A stretch of DNA of 64,000 bases from Acanthaster planci (Eukaryota). Under the pieces are notes generated by a model that was not told the origin of the DNA, ran no database searches, and saw only the letters and a list, made by a program, of their open reading frames with translations. The position numbers were made by a program, and so were the translations under genes. The DNA is taken from NCBI RefSeq assembly GCF_001949145.1, contig NW_019091356.1, positions 3,826,934 through 3,890,933 on the forward strand, given 5' to 3'. Of the stretch, positions 61,101 to 64,000 are shown piece after piece. Positions within the stretch are counted from its first letter, which is position 1. Every line of letters begins with the position of its first letter.

Positions 61101-62990
61101 ACCGACCAGATCCAGCGTGCCCGCAGCTCCCAGGCTGAGCTCTTAAATGCCACCGAGTCCAGCATGGAGGAGGTAAACCAGCTGCGAGCTGACCGGGACA
61201 GCTTGATGGCTCAGCTGCAGGAGGTGTCCGAGAAGTGCGAGAAGCTGGGAGTGGAACTACACAGGACTGGAGGTGAGCTGATGGAATTTGATCCTAAATT
61301 GTGAAACTGAAGACCAGTCCTATCTTTTCTTTACCCCAGCAAGATAACCCTCTGTGTTTTTAAACCTTGGTGTAATTCTGAAATTCGTTCGTGTAATTTT
61401 CTTTCTTTTTTTTAGTAAACATTTATAATGTCACAATGTAGTTAATCTATTAACATTTAAGTATGTTTCATATCCTTTCATGTCTTTTTCTTAATGTTTT
61501 AAATTGTAATCTATACTGTTATCATGTGAACATTCCCTTAATTCAGCCCCTTTGGCTGTGATTGGAATGTGAAATGAACCATAATAATGATGTATACTTA
61601 TTATTTACGTTTCACTGCTGAGTTTTGAGTATAGAGCTTTAAGCGCGGCTTGATTTGGCACCTCTGGATGAGGTACTTGGCCTTCTGAGATGCATTTTTT
61701 TCACAGTTTGAAAAACCTTTGAAGTTGAAAACTAACTTCATTTTTTAAAACTGAAACGGACTACCAAGTTTTTATATGCAAAATTACTGTAGTTAAGATA
61801 TGAAATTGGGTACCAAAGAAGTGAAATGTGAAAAGATTTGTTTAATGCACAGCAAAATGAGCCCATATTAAAAGTACTTAGAGTATTCATTCTGGCTAAC
61901 CATCAGGGCTTATGGATGGTCTGGCTGCCGAAAAGCAAGAACTGGAGGAAACAAACACCAAACTGGAAGCGGACAAACACAACATGGCTGTAGAGCTTGA
62001 GGGGCTGCGAGAGAGGCTGCGCAGCATGGAGCACGCTCAGACCTCGCTGCAGCAGGAGAGGGAACGTGTGGAGGAACAGAAGGCGGCGTTTGAGCAGCGG
62101 CTTGGACAAGAGGACTTAGGTGAGTCAACGGAAGCTGTGTAATCCAGTCATCTGTGTAATCGAGGCAGGATTTTAAACATGCCATTTTCATGAATTGTAA
62201 CAGGGCTATAGTTGAGTCAGTCATAAGTCTAGTTTATAAGTCCTTTCACAAGTCCAGTCACAAGTTGCAGGATAAACAATGACTGAGGAATGCTTTTGTC
62301 ACAGTTCATTTGAATAGCTTGCGATTTGCGTTCAGATTGGATGACTTGTCAATGACTCAACAACACCAGACAGGGGTTATATGTAGATTGGTTGCTGATC
62401 AATGGTGGTGGGACTTAATCTCCATGGATGGTGTTGGGCACATTGCCATTGCTCCTAAAATGGCCAGCTGCCACCCCCATGATCCCTGACACTTACCCTC
62501 CTTCCTCACCAAAATAAAGTTTTAAGCTAACGAAGTTAAACAATGAAAACCAAAGAATTCAAGCAATGATATAAGGAAGAGAAGAACTTAAATACTGAAA
62601 AGCAATAACTGAAATGGTTTGCTTGATTAATTTTTCTGCCGGATTTTTCCAACGAAAATATTTCGTGAAATTGAGCTGCCTTTCCTGGAAAACTGTTCGG
62701 TGTCGAAAGTTTGTCCTTGGTTTTTTTCTGTCTGAAATGATACCTTTCATATCCCTATCTTCATTTCCTGTCTTGTAATTATTTTCTGATTAATTTTTAA
62801 GCACCCCAGTTGCCTTTTCAATATTCCCTCTTTCATCTTGTGCTTTGTTTTTTTTTGCATGTCCCCCCCCTCTTCCCCTCCCCTTGGTGTCTTGACCGTT
62901 TCCCTTGTGCACGTCTATCACCCCGTTTGTCACCCCACCTGTGACTGCATATGTCTCTGTCTCACCTCTTATCGATGTCAGACCCAAGAG
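905..62990 (+). CDS. AKAP9: AKAP9/pericentrin-family giant centrosomal coiled-coil protein; partial multi-exon gene, 5' and 3' ends outside the window
   Basis: 17 phase-consistent GT-AG exons plus a candidate microexon. Translated blocks resemble recalled AKAP9 segments: LARFQKKKG..KRRKKKAK (cf. LAQFRQRKAQ..KKQKKKRK), LYGKQAALEQVQREMEELR (cf. LAGKQHEIEELNRELEEMR), IQEFQQALQQRDDVIRHLSTNLQ (cf. LQEFEAAIKQRDGIITQLTANLQ), DEGLELSQQL..EELV..RLQNSVERLLE (cf. ELSQRL..EELM..RLQAAVEKLLE). A pericentrin-like ELEKLRTYFEE motif is also present, so this is probably a pro-orthologue of both AKAP9 and PCNT. Confidence 0.88.
9641..9762 (-). mobile_element. tRNA-derived SINE (tRNA-Thr(AGT)-like head at 9691-9762)
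   Basis: Minus strand reads GCTCTGCGGCCAAGTGGTTAAGACATCTGCACTAGTAAGCAGCAAGCCGTGGGTTCGAGTCCCACCCGAGTA, with A box and B box (GGTTCGAGTCC) but an imperfect acceptor stem. It is followed by a body box AAGCACTGAGTG that recurs at 22981. Confidence 0.72.
12171..12667. mobile_element. Old hAT-like MITE
   Basis: caggggtgtggttgtcatgattttt ... gaaaataatgacatcacacccactg imperfect TIR with CAG termini; no clean 8-bp TSD. Confidence 0.42.
15555..15593 (+). CDS. AKAP9: 39-nt exon (phase 0-0) SDQRSVGTDDLCE
   Basis: Long pyrimidine tract ctttcttctctttctcttttcag, consensus donor GAG|gtaagt, frame-preserving and stop-free. Confidence 0.8.
15781..15987 (+). repeat. Tandem duplication, 2 x about 106 bp
   Basis: gactccaacaaa.tgacaattacagtctggaaagaagact...ctacagactctgtgac starts at 15781 and again at 15887. 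Confidence 0.9.
16601..17229. mobile_element. TTAA-flanked piggyBac-like non-autonomous element
   Basis: TTAA-CCCTAAC...GTTAGGG-TTAA ends; internal tandem motif tgttggagtttgtgtgattgggtact (about 17076-17190). Confidence 0.62.
17632..17690. mobile_element. 59-bp hairpin mini-MITE of the same TTAA/CCCTAA family
   Basis: ttaaccctaagagtcctcagtcctccaacaggtgaaggattgaggactgttagggttga; near-identical to 46389-46447. Confidence 0.7.
19271..19305 (+). repeat. Dispersed repeat fragment; inverted copy at about 30638-30668
   Basis: tccgctccgagcaggaacgaaagagggc is a near-exact reverse complement of gccctcttttgttccgctcggagcgga. Confidence 0.6.
22367..22579 (+). CDS. AKAP9: Exon (phase 0-0, 71 codons) DSDGGQLDAEV...SGKAE
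   Basis: Acceptor gcatctgttcag, donor GAG|gtgggt, GC3-rich codons, AKAP9-like GKQ..E...REMEELR. Confidence 0.9.
22867..22992 (+). mobile_element. Degenerate second copy of the tRNA-derived SINE
   Basis: Collinear matches to the 9641-9762 element: catctgca(t/c)tag, ggttc, agtcccaccc, aagcactgagtg. Confidence 0.55.
25117..25285. mobile_element. Small inverted-repeat element (MITE)
   Basis: Perfect 14-bp IR gcaagatatgggac/gtcccatatcttgc, extending imperfectly to about 30 bp. Confidence 0.55.
27062..27124 (+). CDS. AKAP9: 63-nt exon (phase 0-0) SLESAAKEAEYRAAFEQYNLK
   Basis: Acceptor ttgttgttgtttcttgcag, donor AAG|gtaaat, helical-looking peptide in frame. Confidence 0.82.
27180..27568. mobile_element. 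MITE with about 30-bp imperfect TIRs, possibly Harbinger-like
   Basis: gggcagtttagatcaaggaccatagttaac ... gttaactcgtggtccttgatcgaacttgtcc; AAT flanks both ends. Confidence 0.58.
29567..29626. other. Assembly gap (N run)
   Basis: Ns in sequence. Confidence 0.99.
31442..31609 (+). CDS. AKAP9: Exon (phase 0-0, 56 codons) IQEFQQALQQRDD...QLQE
   Basis: Acceptor tctcttttgtcccag, donor GAG|gtaaac; strong resemblance to the AKAP9 N-terminal coiled coil. Confidence 0.92.
32634..36716 (+). CDS. AKAP9: Giant exon (4,083 nt, phase 0-0, 1,361 codons), E/Q/K/L-rich coiled coil
   Basis: Acceptor ttttttaatccattcag|GCT is in frame with ORF 32709..36737; donor CAG|gtgcat precedes the in-frame stop. Confidence 0.92.
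37565..37707. mobile_element. PIF/Harbinger-like MITE
   Basis: About 43-bp imperfect TIRs (gggcctgt...gatcagtgatc / gatcactgatc...acaggccc) flanked by an exact 3-bp direct repeat CAA. Confidence 0.68.
42294..42566 (+). CDS. AKAP9: Exon (phase 0-0, 91 codons) LEELRKFFEAKL...RKEAK
   Basis: Acceptor tttccaccaccacag, donor AAG|gtagga, coiled-coil translation. Confidence 0.88.
42560..42780 (+). repeat. G-rich minisatellite (47-49 bp unit, about 5 copies) containing the exon donor site
   Basis: Unit aa(g/a)gt(a/g)(a/g)ga(t/c)gtgggtggggctaggg...; GT at 42567, 42614, 42661, 42709, 42758. Confidence 0.85.
43273..43507 (+). CDS. AKAP9: Exon (phase 0-1) NERELELAAM...EEKTSRQ
   Basis: Acceptor ccccttttgttttcag, donor AAG|gtgagt. 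Confidence 0.9.
46389..46447. mobile_element. 59-bp hairpin mini-MITE, second copy
   Basis: ttaaccctaacactcttcagtcctccaacaagtgaaggattgaggagggttagggttaa; TTAA at both ends. Confidence 0.7.
47441..47454. promoter_or_regulatory. RFX X-box-like motif GTTGCCGTAGTAAC
   Basis: Matches RYYNYY-N2-RRNRAC; one mismatch to the canonical GTTGCCATAGTAAC. Confidence 0.4.
49970..49983. promoter_or_regulatory. RFX X-box-like motif GTTGTCACGGTAAC
   Basis: Matches RYYNYY-N2-RRNRAC with GTTG..../..GTAAC half sites. Confidence 0.35.
50262..50703. mobile_element. Degenerate member of the TTAA/CCCTAAC element family
   Basis: Ends ttaatccctaact...gttaggattat; repeated internal tgttgga.t.tgtg motifs shared with 16601-17229. 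Confidence 0.45.
51138..51217 (+). CDS. AKAP9: 80-nt exon (phase 1-0) DEVNSNSKELLSRLKRRLSEEHQEVIE
   Basis: Acceptor tctttcttttgcag, donor GAG|gtcagt; needed to restore phase between flanking exons; not in the ORF track. Confidence 0.87.
51776..51983 (+). CDS. AKAP9: Exon (phase 0-1) SLAHEWDQK...LNQAE
   Basis: Acceptor gttttttctccag, donor AAG|gtgagg. Confidence 0.9.
52328..54940 (+). CDS. AKAP9: Giant exon (2,613 nt, phase 1-1), Glu-rich coiled coil with pericentrin-like ELEKLRTYFEE motif
   Basis: Acceptor tttacttgtttggcag, donor AAG|gtcagt, within ORF 52273..55005. Confidence 0.92.
55615..55694 (+). CDS. AKAP9: 80-nt exon (phase 1-0) GELDQIMKEKEEQQREEVGKLQELSNQ
   Basis: Acceptor ccctttgttgtttcag, donor CAG|gtaaaa, phase-consistent. 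Confidence 0.87.
56453..57373. other. Assembly gap (N run)
   Basis: Ns in sequence; flanking exon phases are compatible without a hidden exon. Confidence 0.99.
58441..58580 (+). CDS. AKAP9: Exon (phase 0-2) LQQENMALL...RLNNER
   Basis: Acceptor gttgctacag (alternative acceptor 6 nt downstream), donor CG|gtaagt. Confidence 0.87.
59044..59309. other. Assembly gap (N run)
   Basis: Ns in sequence; flanking exon phases are compatible without a hidden exon. Confidence 0.99.
59914..60137 (+). CDS. AKAP9: Exon (phase 2-1) ASVQEANNHLLLVLTTAVRATMATEETINRQM...QGG
   Basis: Acceptor attgttcccag, donor GAG|gtaagg; resembles AKAP9 LL.VL..V.KTT.A.EETIGR. Confidence 0.87.
60580..60750 (+). CDS. AKAP9: Exon (phase 1-1) AEPAARDQ...SDEGLELSQQLMESMFNGPDLDAEGEELVT
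   Basis: Acceptor tctttctgtccaaacag, donor CTG|gtaagt; conserved AKAP9/PCNT-like block; not in the ORF track in this frame. Confidence 0.9.
61042..61272 (+). CDS. AKAP9: Exon (phase 1-1) GANTRLQNSVERLLEM...VELHRTG
   Basis: Acceptor gaccctgcag, donor GAG|gtgagc; resembles AKAP9 RLQAAVEKLLEAI...LAVELSKAEG. Confidence 0.9.
61907..62119 (+). CDS. AKAP9: Exon (phase 1-1) GLMDGLAAEKQELE...LGQEDL
   Basis: Acceptor ggctaaccatcag, donor TAG|gtgagt; resembles AKAP9 G.IDGYADEK..LE. Confidence 0.88.
62982..62990 (+). CDS. AKAP9: Candidate 9-nt microexon ACCCAAGAG (phase 1-1, adds D-P-R)
   Basis: tcag|ACCCAAGAG|gtgagt; frame-preserving in phase 1; preceded by a pyrimidine-rich stretch with no AG from about 62810 to 62979. 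Confidence 0.7.
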
Positions 62991-63759
62991 GTGAGTATGA
63001 CTTGTCATCATTGTGGCTAAGGGGGAATTTGTTTCTGTAAATGTGACTCATTCTATTTTTCTCAAAAGTACAAGTTCACGAAGTAACCCATTTAAAATCT
63101 AACCCACTGCGCTAACCAGGCTGAAGTAGATATTTTGAACACACAATCTTCTATATTGTCAATAAAGCTTTGTTTTAGCACTTCAAAAGCACCAATCAAC
63201 ATCACATCTTACCATTTGTGTGCAAAAACGTGGAGGTTGTGCTTAATCATAGTTAACTTTGTGCTAAAATGTTGCTGATAAATACTAAAATCAACTTGAA
63301 AACTTTTCCTGTGGTTTCAAATCAATTTGGGGATAGAGGATCACATTTTAAGTCGACTTTCCTGGGCAAATTCACAAAATGTCAAGTGTCAAAGGTTAAG
63401 AAGTTGTTTTCATCGTCACTTCAGTTATCAAGCAAAACCACATGCCATTGCTGGTTTCCAGGAGGTTTCGGTCTGCACCAAAATTACCCCCCCTACCCGA
63501 CACACTGAATGGACAGTGAGTCTGTTAGTCATGTAGCCTGTGTGCACGTCACACGTCTGCTACCTGTTATAGATCATTATGAGTCACAGAAGTTGTTTGT
63601 CTGCGTTCTGAATGTTGTGCATAGAGGCATTACTGCTGTTGCAGTCTTTTGCTTTTCAGTATTGAATTTGGATCTCATTTTAAGATTATTTATTAAGACA
63701 TTAATCCCTATTTCTTACCGTAAAGTAAACCTGTAGATGAAGTGCTTCTTTTCTGCAGC

Positions 63760-63982
63760 TTAACCCTAACTGCTCAAGGGTTGCTGGACCTAACCTTACC
63801 CATTCACACAAAATTAAACACCCATATAGGACTTTGTGCACAGAGGCTGTTGGACTTTGTTTTTCTGAGGTATGCCAAACCCAATGCAAAAGCCAGCTGT
63901 CTGGGCCTACCAGACCTATCCCCACAGAATTAAACACTTTACCACTGTTTAACCCTGTGTGGTTGGGGAAGGTTAGGGTTAA
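63760..63982. mobile_element. TTAA-flanked piggyBac-like MITE
   Basis: TTAA-CCCTAAC...GTTAGGG-TTAA; shares ctgttgga.tttgt and gggcct.cc..acc..tatc with 16601-17229. Confidence 0.62.
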
Positions 63983-64000
63983 ACTCCCAACTGATTTCCA

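Overview
Eukaryotic genomic DNA from a draft scaffold with three N-gaps. Composition and repeats suggest an invertebrate deuterostome (echinoderm or amphioxus-like), but this is not provable from the sequence. The whole window lies inside one + strand multi-exon gene for a giant centrosomal coiled-coil protein of the AKAP9 (AKAP450/CG-NAP)/pericentrin family. I traced 17 GT-AG exons with consistent phases from 905 to 62119 (about 9.27 kb CDS, about 3,090 codons), including two giant exons of 4,083 and 2,613 nt. Several small exons are absent from the ORF track. There is also a candidate 9-nt microexon at 62982-62990. The first coding exon and the C-terminal part (PACT domain) fall outside the window. 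Introns carry a tRNA-derived SINE (2 copies), a TTAA-flanked piggyBac-like MITE family (5 copies, two reduced to 59-bp hairpins), Harbinger- and hAT-like MITEs, and tandem duplications. I see no evidence of a wholly new gene system. The most interesting signals are in RNA processing and regulation: the microexon behind a ~170-nt AG-free zone, a tandem array of duplicated splice donors, a recursive-splice-like exon, candidate alternative first exons or internal promoters, and RFX X-boxes. All homology statements are from recalled protein sequences, not database searches.
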